A DNA stretch of 50,324 nt from Tubiluchus corallicola. Lineage: Eukaryota > Animalia > Priapulida. Positions 22,558-34,994 of the stretch are shown here, in pieces. The notes under the pieces are model-generated. The model did no database searches, had not been told where the DNA came from, and saw nothing but the letters and a program-made list of their open reading frames with translations. The position numbers and the translations under genes are program-made. The DNA lies in NCBI GenBank assembly GCA_030141605.1, contig JAQGDQ010001275.1, forward strand, positions 1 through 50,324. The letters run 5' to 3'. Positions within the stretch are counted from its first letter, which is position 1, and the number at the start of each line of letters is the position of its first letter.

Positions 22558-25500
22558 TTAAATTTTTGATTTTCTGTTTTTAGCAAAATTTAACGGTCGT
22601 ACTTTCAGCTCTAATCCTAATCGTGCATTTAAGTTGCAGGATGCGCAATTATTATACCACCAGCCCGGCTTATTATAATACAACTCGGCACAATTTGTGG
22701 TCGGCGAATTGTCGTTATCCCGGTCTAACGTAGTAAAGCGCATTCCATTGTGATAATCCATACAATCAACTATAAAATTAATCAAAAATTAGGACAGTGA
22801 CAAACGCCGCCTATAATTGCGAGCCTTTATTCTTTCTATAATGTTCTAAACTGCTCTAAACAAGACCAATGCCACTCAAGGTAACTGTTATCTATAATTA
22901 ATTAACTAATAAGCACTGACTCCGAGAGCTTAGGTCTGGTTGACAGGGCTATCAGGTGTCACAAACATAAATCACGAACAAGCGTTATGTAATAAATCTT
23001 TTTCTGTCGAGCTTACTAGCCTGGCTTCACAATAAGCCTATTCAGTGTGAGCACGATTAATGCTCAGCTCGTAACAGATAGTCAGGTGTGCACTTCACAT
23101 GACCAAGCTCTGACAACTCTTCTAATTAACAGCAATAGTATAACACCATCTGGTCACTCATCTGACCAGGTACCAACTTTCATCATTTGCTTTTGGAGTT
23201 GCTAATGATTACCAAATGACTTCAACCTATTTTAACAGAGTCATTAACCGACTCGGAAGTGCAAGTCGATATAGGTCAAACTTCTAACAACAAATGTAAA
23301 GTTCGTATGAGCGTTTAAACTTGCATTCATTATCATTAATCATGTTACCCATGATTAGAGTTGTCAGAGACGTCCACAAAAGTTTACTAAATACGTGAGA
23401 GAAGCTGATGAGTCTTATAATTTAATGAATCATCTGTTCTGACTATCATAATTCATTATTCTGGCTTTGATTATTCATTTGAATTCATTTATCGAATAAT
23501 CAATGTTTTTTTAAATAAAACTTAACATACCTTCTTTAAAAGGACTACAACAAGCACAGGAAAATGTGAATATTTGTTCAGGAAAACTAAATTATATGAC
23601 TAGATTACTATTGATAGGGTTATGTTATTGATACTGTTAATGTTATTTATCATGTGAAATGTTGTTTTTAGAGAAGCGTTTTCGTGGTATATAAAACTAT
23701 GTAAACCTACTAACTCTTCCAAAAAGAAATATAATGCAACAGTGATCAAAATATAATGCTTTTAAAATACTGTCAACAATGACAGTATTCCTCGTGAAAT
23801 GAAACTGATACCCCTGTTTTGACACATTCGTTTGTGATGGAAATTTAGAGGAACCCACAGGCATAGTGAGGCATTGATTGTTTGCAAAAAACAGGAAAAA
23901 TTTAGTGACTTTCCTGTCAAAAAATTCTATTAATTTTGTTACTCATAAAGTTTATGTTCGACAACAATGCATTATAACTAACTGTGAACAACAAAACATA
24001 ATTCACACGTCATTCATATAACAAGTCATAAACTACCTACAATAGGTGCCATGATAACTGTCGACATGCAATATATAATCTTCCTGTTCAGACCCAACCG
24101 TGAACTCGTCGTAGAGTAAGTAGGACATTCCTCTGTATTGATCTATGCGCAGCTGCTGTGGCTTGTCTGAAGTGAGTTGATTTATGTTATCGTTACCTGT
24201 AAGTTGAAACGTTAATGACGTCAAACATTATGGAGAAGTACCTAGTTGTCAATTTTAATGTAGGTAAAAATCACACATGTACAAATAGCACAGGAAATAT
24301 GGCACACTTAGTAAAGTATGTGCTTAGGTTTACAATGGGAGATAATTATTTTAGTTATTTTTACCTCTGCCAGGGAAGTTATGCTTCAACACAGTTTGTT
24401 TGTTTGATTGTTTTAGTCTGTTATAGCAGTAAGCTTATTACTCAAAATCTACAGGACAGATTTCCACGAAATTGTTTCTCTTGATTTCCGCAATACTTTT
24501 TTTGCGGAAAAAGGGGGCATAGGGTGCCAAAGGGGGCGTTTTTCGTTTAGTTTCGTTTTTCTCAAAGCTTGACTACATACAAAAACATCAGAGGCGTAGC
24601 AAGTTGAAGGTTTTAGGGGGTAATTTCCCCCCTAGCACAAGGATGAGAGGCCGCAAAATTCTTCTAGAGTTCAATGGCTGTTAATTATTAATTACTAATC
24701 CGACATTAACAAAACAATTAACAAAAGTTTTCAAACTACAACAAAACTGCCTAGTCAGAAATCGTCGTAGCTAACTTAATTACTATCTGCATCCTAGAAA
24801 AAATCTAATGTTGTTACTTAACATCATGTGTAGGGTGTCGTGCTGTATAGCAGATCGATAATTTTGGGAGAGACAGTGACGATGCTCTAAATGCTGATTG
24901 CATTACTGTAGTGTTCTGTATCTTTCATAATCTTTGCTGAATGTTTAAGTACTGTCATGTTACGTGTAACTAACGTACAGAAAAGAGTTACTCTGCTGCA
25001 GTCTCACAAATCAAACTCAGGTTGATTCTTAGAAAAATCGTTTATCTTTATCCTATCATGTCATGTCGGAAAAAGAAAGTCGAGCTCAGAGACGCAAAAA
25101 CATTAATTTTGTGCCTTCACCCACTGAAACAAATGACCACAACATTAAAAGGGTGGGTCGTCAGAAGTTTTTTTGCCCCCCCCCCATGAAAAACATTCAT
25201 GAAGCTTTCAAAGGGAGTGATTAATTTTTCTTTTTTTCTTAACCAGGACAAACAAGTATGAGTTAGTTCCAGTTTTCCTGAGCTATTTATCCCTTGTCAT
25301 TTTTTCGGAGGTGTTTTTTCTTGTGCCAATTTTTCCTCAGCAATTTATTCCTGAGCAATTTTTCCTGAGCTATTTTTTCTGAGCCATTTATTCCTGTGCC
25401 ATTTATTCCTGAGCTATTTTTCCTGAGCCATTTTTTCTGAGCCATTTATTCCTGAGCTATTTTTCCTGAGCCATTTTTTCTTGAGCCATTTTTTCAGCTA

Positions 25501-28500
25501 TTTTTTCTGAGCCATTTATTCCTGAGCTATTTTTCCTGTGCCATTTTTTCTGATCTATTTTTTCCTGGCCATTTTTTCCTGAGCCATTTTTTCCTGAACC
25601 ATTTTTTCCTGATCTATTTTTTTCTGTGACATTTTTTCATGAACCACTTTTTCCTGCGCCATTTTTTCTTGAGCCATTTTTTCCTGAACGATTTTTTCCT
25701 GAGCTATTTTTTTTCTGAGCCATTTTTTCCTGAGCCATTTTTTCCTGAGCTACTTTTTCTGAGCCATTTATTCCTGAGCCATTTTTTCCTGAGCTATTTT
25801 TTCCTGAGCCATTTTTTCCTGAGCCATTTTTTCTTGAGCCATTTTTTCCTGTGCTATTTTTTCCTGAGCCATTTTTTCCTGAGCCATTTTTTCCTGAGCT
25901 ACTTTTTCTGAGCCATTTATTCCTGAGCCATTTTTTCCTGAGCCATTTTTTCCTGAGCTACTTTTTCTGAGCCATTTATTCCTGAGCCATTTTTTCCTGA
26001 GCTATTTTTTCCTGAGCCATTTTTTCCTGAGCCATTTTTTCCTGAGCCATTTTTTCCTGTGCTATTTTTTCCTGAGCTACTTTTTCCAGTGCCATTTTTC
26101 CTGTGTGATTTTTTCCTGAGCTATTTTTTCCCGTGTCATTTTTACTTGTGTAATTTTGTTTTGGGTGCCATTTTTACCTGTGTCAATTTAATTTTATATG
26201 GCGATCATGGAGCACTCAAGAATTAAAGATTTTTCGAGATGCACCGATTAAACAATAGAAGACTTACTTGGCATAATAGCAAAAATAGGTGACCTGCTAG
26301 AAATTATATTCGCATCGTCAACAGTTTGTAGTTATTAATTAACAGACTAAAAGACACAGCATTTTTGTGCTCTTACCAAGCCAGAATTCACCATTAAGAC
26401 TGCCAAAACCAATCTTATACGCATCCCAATTGTGACCAAAATTCTCAAATCCATAATTCCTTCTTTGAAACACCTAATTTTATATAGAAGTATAACTCAA
26501 TGAATTAACCCTTCACATGTATTGTAGAATATCAGTTAATGAGTAGTATAATATGTAGAAGACCTCTTCTAGACGTAGGTATTTTAGATTTCCCATTTCT
26601 CAAAAATTTATACTAACGTGTTGGGCATGTTAATTTTAAGTTAAATTAACAAGAAACGATTGTAATATCTCCAGGTAATCTTGTAGAATATAAATGAACA
26701 TATACAAAAATATTTGTGTAACTCTACTTTGTGTATTAAACTGTTAATGAATTTTTTTTAGCAACAAAGGATAAAATATCTATTGTCATCTATAAATGTA
26801 CTTCTCAGTTTTGCTTTCTTTGTATATACAGGGGCATATAGAGGGCGATACTATCTCTTCAACACCCTCTTATATGTTTTCAATAGTAGAGACACGATAT
26901 TTACCGTCCATCCACCCCCGTCTGTCTCCATGTCGCAATAAACTTCTATTGGTTCTTCACTAATGTGAGGCTTTATCGTATAAGTTCCATTTTGGTCAAA
27001 TCCCAATTCTCTCAGTGCTGCACAGTCTTCTGGTAATTCTGCACAATAAACCAATTATTATGTAACTTATATCACACGATCTATGCTTAAAAACTATATA
27101 TCATATTTTCTTAAAGCACAAGAAAACACTCTTCATAAAGCTGAAAAGTCGTCTTCAAATGTTATATCCCACCCATGCTGTGTTACTGTATATGGAGCAT
27201 TACCAGTGAATCTGTATAAAACTTGTGAATTTGAACTCTCCTGATGACCGTTAAATGCAGCCATTTTAACGGCAAGTCGATTGAAACAAGTTAGATAACG
27301 TTGCCTAAAACTTTTTATAATAATTAGCGCATTCGTAACACACACTTCGCTATCTAAGCTTATGATTAAATTACTTCATATTATTGCCAATAAGATCAAT
27401 AAGAGCAACAAGGCACATCCGATGCATAAAATCACAGTCACTTTCAACTTTCCGGCAGCAACTTAAGGAGCCCCACAAATTAATAAACTGAAACTATAGA
27501 TCATTTTAAACTTTATAAAATTTCAAGACGAATTTTTTAAGCTTTATATAAATGGGAGGTTTTACTGTATTTTGAGAAGCCTTACTGATTAGTACAATTA
27601 AACTTTTGATCATCTGAAAATAAATGAAATTACGACTGCTAAGCAGAAAAAGACACTTGTTTGAGAATCTATAAATCAGCCATTCAGATCAAGCACACAA
27701 AATGTTAGTGACTATTATAAAATATATATTTCCAAATTGTAGGTACATGCAATTTCAAGAGGCTACTACAAAGAGCATCACTAAACTAATGAAAATTTTT
27801 CAGATATTACCGAAATTACAATTTTTAGAGAAAACTAAAGAGGGAGCCATGACAGCATGATGAGAAGGAAGAGAATTCCAGAGCAATGTAATTCTGAGAA
27901 AGAAAAAGTTTTGCTTTACGGTTTTGTTACACTGAGGAAGAAAAAGTTTTTAAAAAAGGTGACCCCTCGTAGTGGTCGAACTAAGTGTGAATTTTCTGCG
28001 ACGTTCAGAGTCATCAATTAAAGCTAGATCAACTCTTGCGATTTTGAAAACCATAATCAGACCAGTTTCTAAGCCTTCTAAGTTCCAAATGGTAATTACT
28101 AAGTATACGTGTTCGTTCCTTGCATGGTAATCGTTTTCGAAGTCCTTCCAAGCAACCTACGTATGGGTGATTTTTGCAAAAGTTCACATGGCTCTCAATA
28201 AAAACACTTAAAATGACTTCAGTAACATAAAATCCATAACAAGTTATCAAAGTCCAAACCATAAGAAGCGAATAATACTATTACCTTTAGGGTGAGTTGC
28301 ACAGGATTTTTGCTGCAATACCAGTTCCAGAATAGATTCAACCAAACTTAAAGCCTTGGTTAAGTCTTGCTCCTAGAAGTCAATGATAAAGATGCACATA
28401 AATATGTTTTAACACGTTTAGCTTTGAGCTTTACTGAGCAAAATGCATAAACTTTTAAAAATTCAAAAAGACGTCTGAAGGTCGTTTTCCAACCTGCAAG

Positions 28501-30725
28501 CCTTTGCAGTTAATGAAGTCTGGCTTGAGTGCCAATAGATTATCTAACCAACAAGGGATTGAAAACATGCAGATAATATTGTGGCTATTAAGGTTCACTA
28601 TTAGGAATTCTCAAGACATTTCCTAGCCTAACTTTTCGTTGGATAGTGAGTTTAATCCGTAATTATATTGATTCAAAAGCAAATGATAACTATGTTTGTC
28701 TTCTGCAATGTACATTACAGTTTTATTTCCTTTGTTAATACTATAGGGTGTTTTTTGTGAAGTGCCATGTGAAAGATAAGAAAGTTTTTTAATTTTATTA
28801 TTTGCTTTTCTTGAAGTTTCACAGATTTTTTTACTGCCTGCACCACAGTTTATAGAAAAATAATGTCTATATTTTGTCAGTAATGGGGTTCGTCAAGGCG
28901 GTGTCCTCTCGTCCCTGGTGTTTTCATTATATATTATTGATCTTCCAAAAAAAGATATGAACAGTGAGGTCTGCCACATGTCGCTTAAGTGGTACACCTA
29001 TTAATCACTTATTTTATGCTAACGACCTGTGTTTAATTGCTCCCCCTACACAGGCATCACAAAAATTACTTGACTATTCTAAAGAATGTGATGATGTAGA
29101 ATAAGAATATGTAATTAATACTTAGAAAACGAAAACTTTGTATTCTATTCCAAATGCATTTAGGAATGCCTGTTTTATTAATGTAACTTTGCAAGGAGAA
29201 CCTACTGAACTCGAACATGAAAAAAATGTGTTAGGTCACATAATTTATGATAATTGTAAAGACGATGCTGATATTTTAAATCAATTGAGATTTTTTAATT
29301 TTAGTTATTATACTTTGCAGAAGTTTTAATTTTTGCTTTGCTGATGTGAAACATTCTCTTTAAAATCTATTGTCGATTTTATTGTTCTAACCTCTTATTG
29401 TTCTTTTTGTTCTAACTTCCTGTTATTGGTCTAACCTCTGGGTCACTTTTAATTTTGACACTATTGGGAAATTGAAAGGGAAATTTTGTTTACCGTATTG
29501 AAACCTCAGCATTTAGAATATGTGACGTAAATGGCTGTAATTATTTTAAAGTTATTTTACGTAAAAATACATTTAGCCTACGTCAGCAAGTCTTAAATTC
29601 AAACAATGAAGTTATAGTTTGATTCTTAATGCTGACATTATTTTAACTTCTAATATTGTTGCCCATTGAGAAGTTACACTTACTAATCCTTTTCTTATGC
29701 ATTTAGCTGTTCATTGTTCTTTGTGTAAACATTGATTTTATCTGTCTTTTAGTAAATATTTTTAATTGAGATTCTTAAGTAATCTTTGTTTATTATTCTA
29801 TGGTACTTTTGATGTACTGAAGTAAACATAAAATAAAATGACAATAAATAATAAAAGACTTGACTTTTCTTCCTCCTTTGCCTTGAAGCGAGGAAAGTTT
29901 CTATCTTGTTCATATCAGAAAGATGGTTTTTTGCTCACCGTTGTCTTCAACCCGTTTGCAGGTATTTCAACAGTCTGCAATCTATCATCCTGATGTGCAA
30001 CAAAGTCATCATTTTCCAAGACTATGGAGTTTTTATTTGGAAGTGACATAGCCCAAGCCTTAAACACAATGATTAATACACGTCAAAAAACTGCACACAA
30101 ACATCAAATGCCAAACAAAACAATCGTATATGTTTATAATACGACATTCTAACTGGAGTAAAGAAAAAAAGCAGATGCTTTTCAAGTAAGTTTCATATGT
30201 GGCGTCAACGTTTTCTATATTATTTGCTAGTTTTGTCTAATCTGTGAACGATTGTCATGAAAATGTATACTTAATTAATTCACTATTGATTTTTAAGCAA
30301 ATTAAAGCTTCGTATCATAGTTTTGCATTAAAGCAAAATTAAGTTAAACAATATTTTAGTAGTAGTAGCAGCAGCACCAGCAGCAGTAGCAGCAACAACA
30401 GTAGCGATAGTAGTAGTAATTTCGACATGTACAAAAATTAGCATCGAAGATAAACATTAAACTGTACACGTGCATGTGCTTATACGTGCACTTACACGTA
30501 CACTTGCATGTGCACGTACATTAAACTATTACAAGTGCTTATACGTACATGTATATGTGCACGTACATTAAACCAGTACATGTGCTTATGCATACACGTA
30601 TATGTACACGTACATTAAACTATTACAAGTGCTGATACGTACACATATATGTGCACATATATTAAACTATTACATGTACTTACGTAGTTCAAAAGTAAAG
30701 TCATCCACACTATAAACTTCATCAT
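22558..30725 (-). CDS. FReD copy 3: secreted coiled-coil + fibrinogen-related-domain protein, about 282 aa, 7 exons, apparently intact
   Basis: Exons 30725-30684, 30058-29939, 28372-28285, 27038-26905, 26473-26377, 24196-24041, 22769-22558; 849 nt in frame. All indels relative to copy 2 are multiples of 3. Motifs: [63 protein letters not shown]. The exon-6 donor is the weaker GTAGGT. Confidence 0.88.
25270..26190. repeat. Expanded minisatellite of about 15 bp (TTTTTTCCTGAGCCA)n, the right arm of the intron-5 foldback element
   Basis: Read directly; only about 4 units at the paralogous 10975-11030. Confidence 0.95.
27105..27575. mobile_element. Degraded MITE-like element with imperfect terminal inverted repeats (also 37758-38228)
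   Basis: ATAAAGCTGAAAAGTCGTCTTCAAATGTTATA is matched by the reverse complement of TATAAAATTTCAAGACGAATTTTTTAAGCTTTAT. The right end reads TA-CAGTAAAACCTC on the minus strand (pogo/Tigger-like). Confidence 0.35.
28865..29850 (+). mobile_element. Degraded non-LTR reverse-transcriptase fragment (paralog of 14625-15600)
   Basis: [21 protein letters not shown] and [15 protein letters not shown] (YADD-box relic). Confidence 0.78.
30450..30683. repeat. 47-bp minisatellite
   Basis: CATTAAAC anchors at 30519, 30566 and 30613. Confidence 0.85.
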
Positions 30726-32239
30726 TGCAGAAAGTATGCAACACATGCTGTCTGTTTGAATGCTTTATGCTTTCTAGACAACTAAGTGCGAGGAGTTGCT
30801 TCTTTTATTTAGGCCTCGGGTTTTGATGTTTAAATAATTAAACACTTATTGGCGCCATAGAAACTCTTGAGTTACAATTTATTTCGCTTTTAATGTGACA
30901 TTTTCCGGTACTACAAGCATAAAATTAATTTTTTATTTCTTGCTTGTTATCAGTTTTCAACTTACAATTGTATGAAAATAAATGAATGCATGATATTGTG
31001 ACGAAGACGCATGCGTGGCTCACTCTACATAATCTGTACCCTTTATTCTATAGTATGACAGTAGTTACAAACAAGTGTTAACGTTACATATCACCCCTAA
31101 AAATATTACAATTTTAAATCCGATTCTTCTGAATTATTTTTCTGCAGATATTTCGACCTTTAAATCTTCACGCCTTTTTCTTTTACCCAATCAGGTTTCG
31201 TTTTGGATCTGGTTCTGACATGTACACTAATTTGGGAAGATTATAAAGAGAAGGTTAATGCATACTGCAATTAGGAGCTAGAGTGATGATCTGGTTGATA
31301 GAGGTGGCTCATCTTCCTGTCTGAGCTTTCTTCTGACCAGACCTAAAGTTTTCCTGTTACCAGCTGTATAGGTAGCTTAGTACAGTTTTTTTTACTTTTC
31401 TGTTATGCTTTCCTTTAATTTTCTATAGAGCCTGTCTTAATTGGTTTAACAAACCTTGCAAATAATCTAAATTTGCTTCAACTGAAGTTAGCAAACAACA
31501 TCTAATAATGTTATTCAATTTAACTGTGCTTTTCTTCTAGTTATGTTGAAACCATTATTAGGCAGCTCTGCCTCGTTTCTGCAAGCTCAAACCACTCCCG
31601 GGTGGCAAGGCGCCACCAGCACTTCAAGATATTATCATAATGGAGATTTATGTTTTAATCGATGGGACTTTATGCAGAGTTAGTCACAAGCCTTTTTCAA
31701 ACATAGTTGAGATGATTAATTCGAGTTCTTGCTTTGCCAGGCAGAAGCGTTGGCAGGGGCGTAGCTAAGAGGGAAGCAAGCTCTGCCCCTGATCACATTT
31801 TTCAAAATAGGCGCCTTTTCAAAAATGAAAATTATTACTTTATTACATTATTTACTTCATTTGGCCAACTTGCTCACCCGTGCTTTGAATGAACATGCAT
31901 TTACGTAACCCACTGTTGGCGGATTGGATCGAAATTGTTTTACAGTGATATACGTCTGCTAATTAGTCAATTAACCAATTAGTTAAAGAATTATTTTTTT
32001 TAAATAATTAAAAATTAATTAAATTATTGTAAATTATAATCAAGCGCTTCATGTAACCACGTTATTTAAATACACGTGCATTAGTACTTAAGTGTTACCT
32101 GTCACTAACCTCAGCACAAGGGTAAGATGTAAAGAATAAGCATAATCGAATTAACGCGTTGCATACATGTATTGATGTCAAGGACACGAGTTACTCCGCC
32201 CAATGGACCAATCGGCATTCAGCTGAATTTGTTAAGTCG

Positions 32240-32600
32240 GCAGAAGACGCTACCATTGTGACCATGTCAGCAGAGGTCTGTTGCTGGAGAAGTTATCTAT
32301 AACTCAGCAGAAGTGTTACCACAGTGACAGGTCAGCAGCGGTCCTTTGCTAGGGCAGTTATTTATAACTCAGCAGAAGATGTTACTATGGTGACAGGTAA
32401 GCAGAGGTCCTTTGCTAGGGCAGTTATTTATAACTCAACAGCTGGTACCATGGCGACAGGTCAGCAGAAGTCCATTGCTAGGAAAAATATTTATAACTCA
32501 GCAGAAGATGTTGCCATAGTGATAAGTCACCAAAAGACGTTATCAAGATAACAAGCCAGCAGAAGTCCGTTGCTAAGAAAAATTATTTATAATCATGTGA
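32240..32600. repeat. 66-bp tandem repeat (about 5 units)
   Basis: The 22-aa periodicity is visible in ORF 32324-32551; paralog of 18345-18640. Confidence 0.8.
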
Positions 32601-34344
32601 CAATGACTAGAAATGGTGTACCTAAATTTAGGAACAGGCAGCTGTGTAAAAAGGGCTGCAGGGCTGGCAGCTGAAAGTGAAAATTCTGGACTTCACTCAT
32701 GTGCTCCACTACCGTGTATTGTTCTCTATAAGACTTTTACTGACTGACAAGATGTGTTACATATATGTATTACAATAAATCTATATGATTATGTTGATGT
32801 TATATTGGACGTTATACTTCTTTATTCAACACACGAGCTTAATAGTTTGCTTTTTATGCTTAACCATTGACTACAGCTATAATCTATAAAACATGCATAC
32901 AGACTTGTTCATCATTACTACCTTTGCTGGTGAATTTCAAATGTGTGCATTGCTGTAAAGATAACCATGTTTCACGCCTTTTGCATGAGTGAGCGAGAAT
33001 AACGTACGAGGTTCAGAAAGCGTCTTTGGTTACCGATGTTTGTTTTCTTATCTTTGGTGATCTCGTGACTGTACTCATAACGTCATTCGTCTCGCGCAAC
33101 GAGAAATGGCGGTTCTTCAAATTTAATACCGCTAACATTAAAGTGGTAAATTATGTTATCTTGTTCATCTTTGTTCATCTGTGTATTTGTGTATTTGTGT
33201 TTTTTGTCTTTGGTTTATTTTTGTCAAATTTGCGATTATATGTGTATAATAAACAGTTGTTGCTTTCTGAATCATCTATTGAAAACGAAATTATGTCGGT
33301 GTCGTTCTTCCATGTTGGTGAATTGTTGAAATCGAGTCGTTTCCGACAACATTAGCCATTTTCTATATCAACACAATCTCAATACAGATGTGTGTTTGAC
33401 ATCGTTGAATGACTGCATGTAGTTGTTTAATAAATATAAAAATAACTGGTATAGCCTAGGGCTTGGTACGGCAGTCAGTCAACGACATTTGAGAACCATG
33501 TACTTTTACAAAGCTAGCCAGATATGTATTTAGTTGGCCCTAGATTGCAAACTAGTTATAGCAACACCAACTAGCCCCCCCCTGTCTATTGTCTGTAGCA
33601 CAATAACGCATCTTATAACAAGATAAAGCCAAACGTTGGTGCAAGACTCAGTCACCAACAGGCTGTTATAAGGAGTGAAATCTCCATTGTTTGGGGCCAC
33701 TTGCCGTTTTGACTCTGAGAGTGGGTTGAAAAAAAATGGTACAACCTTCTTTTGTGAGAATTGTTTGATTTAAGCTGGTATTGCAAATCATTAAATGGAT
33801 TGACAACATACTTCGTGCATTCTTTGATATACTCACATTGGGCGTAGCGCGTGATTACAGAGAAAGAGGCGCACATTGAAAATTCTTTAAAGGCCCTATA
33901 CTGTACCTGATAGAGAATTGTTTGTCTTAAATTGCTATTGCAAAACATTATTGAATGGAGTATCCATTTTGCTTCCATATTTGATTGTAAACCTTATTTA
34001 GCTGCTGACATATTACATTCCTCTGACATAATTCCGTTGTACATAGTTTTATTTCACTAAAAGCTGCTGCTGGCTTTGCTTTAAATAATCAATAAACGAA
34101 AACTATGTAGAATGTTTGTGCAATATTGAGTATACGTGGATTAAATGCAAAATTATTTGCAGTGTGTTTGATAGTAATATATTAAGTCACACGATATGAT
34201 TTTGTGATTGCGAAATCTAAAGAAACTTCACAAACACTTTAACATTGCCCTTAACTTGCATAATTTATTTCTTCAACATCAATGATTACACGTGATTACA
34301 ATGTAGCTAAGCAAACTTGCCTTAATCAGAAAATCAGTATTTTC

Positions 34345-34686
34345 CTTATTAGAACAACACAACTTTCATTAAAATTTTCATTTACAACTGTTTAAAAAAC
34401 GTGTCCAAACGTTTCAACTGCAGGCTGCAGCTATCACCAGTAACAGACTTATACAAACGAATAACCAGTTTGACAGGTAGGCTTTATAGTACAGAAAATG
34501 TATACAATAATATATGTATGTACTTCCTTGTAACTACATGAGCTTAATTTTCTGTACTATAGGTTCTGGCTATGATACTGTTTGTTCATTTATATAAGTC
34601 TATCACTGATGATGACTGCACTTGAAACGTTTGGGACACGTTTTTCTTAATAGTTGTAAATTGAAGTTGTGTTGTTTTAATTATAA
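34345..34686. mobile_element. Penelope-like inverted repeat with hammerhead-like core
   Basis: CTGATGATGACTGCACTTGAAACGTT at 34606, with an inverted arm at about 34350-34480. Confidence 0.48.
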
Positions 34687-34994
34687 AGGCTTTGAATTTC
34701 CTGTTAAAATTGAAAGTTTTTTCTCATTATACAGATTTGGCAGTATTTCTTTATAGTTTATACAATACATAATGCAAACATACTCTTTTACATAGTAGGC
34801 CTAACCTCTCCCAATAATAACAAAAGGCACCAACCTAATTGGAAAAGAAATTAACAAGACTACGCACATTCTATTATTATAAAATCAGTTATTATATGCA
34901 CTACATCATTATTAAAAAGTAAGCTTTAAGCGGCATTACAAATTAGAGTTTAGATCAGGTTTAATGGTCATGTTTAGACGTGCATTTAACTTAC

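Larger units (their letters stand above)
25433..30912 (+). repeat. Segmental duplication of about 5.5 kb, first copy
   Basis: Matches 36086-41565 at a constant offset of 10653; five ORF-track translations are identical. Confidence 0.95.

Noticed and set aside
25639-25911. ORFs with FFLSH repeats (also 36292-36564)
   Set aside because: Translation of the 15-bp minisatellite.
27133-27345. [17 protein letters not shown]... as an extra exon
   Set aside because: Its donor phase is incompatible with exon 4, the copy 1 and 2 versions have a stop, and it lies in a MITE-like relic.
30340-30429. Minus-strand [12 protein letters not shown]... that looks like a signal peptide
   Set aside because: It is the CTG/CTA microsatellite read in frame. 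The ATG is missing in copy 2, the frame is stopped in copy 0, there is no good donor, and a better exon 1 lies at 30684-30725.
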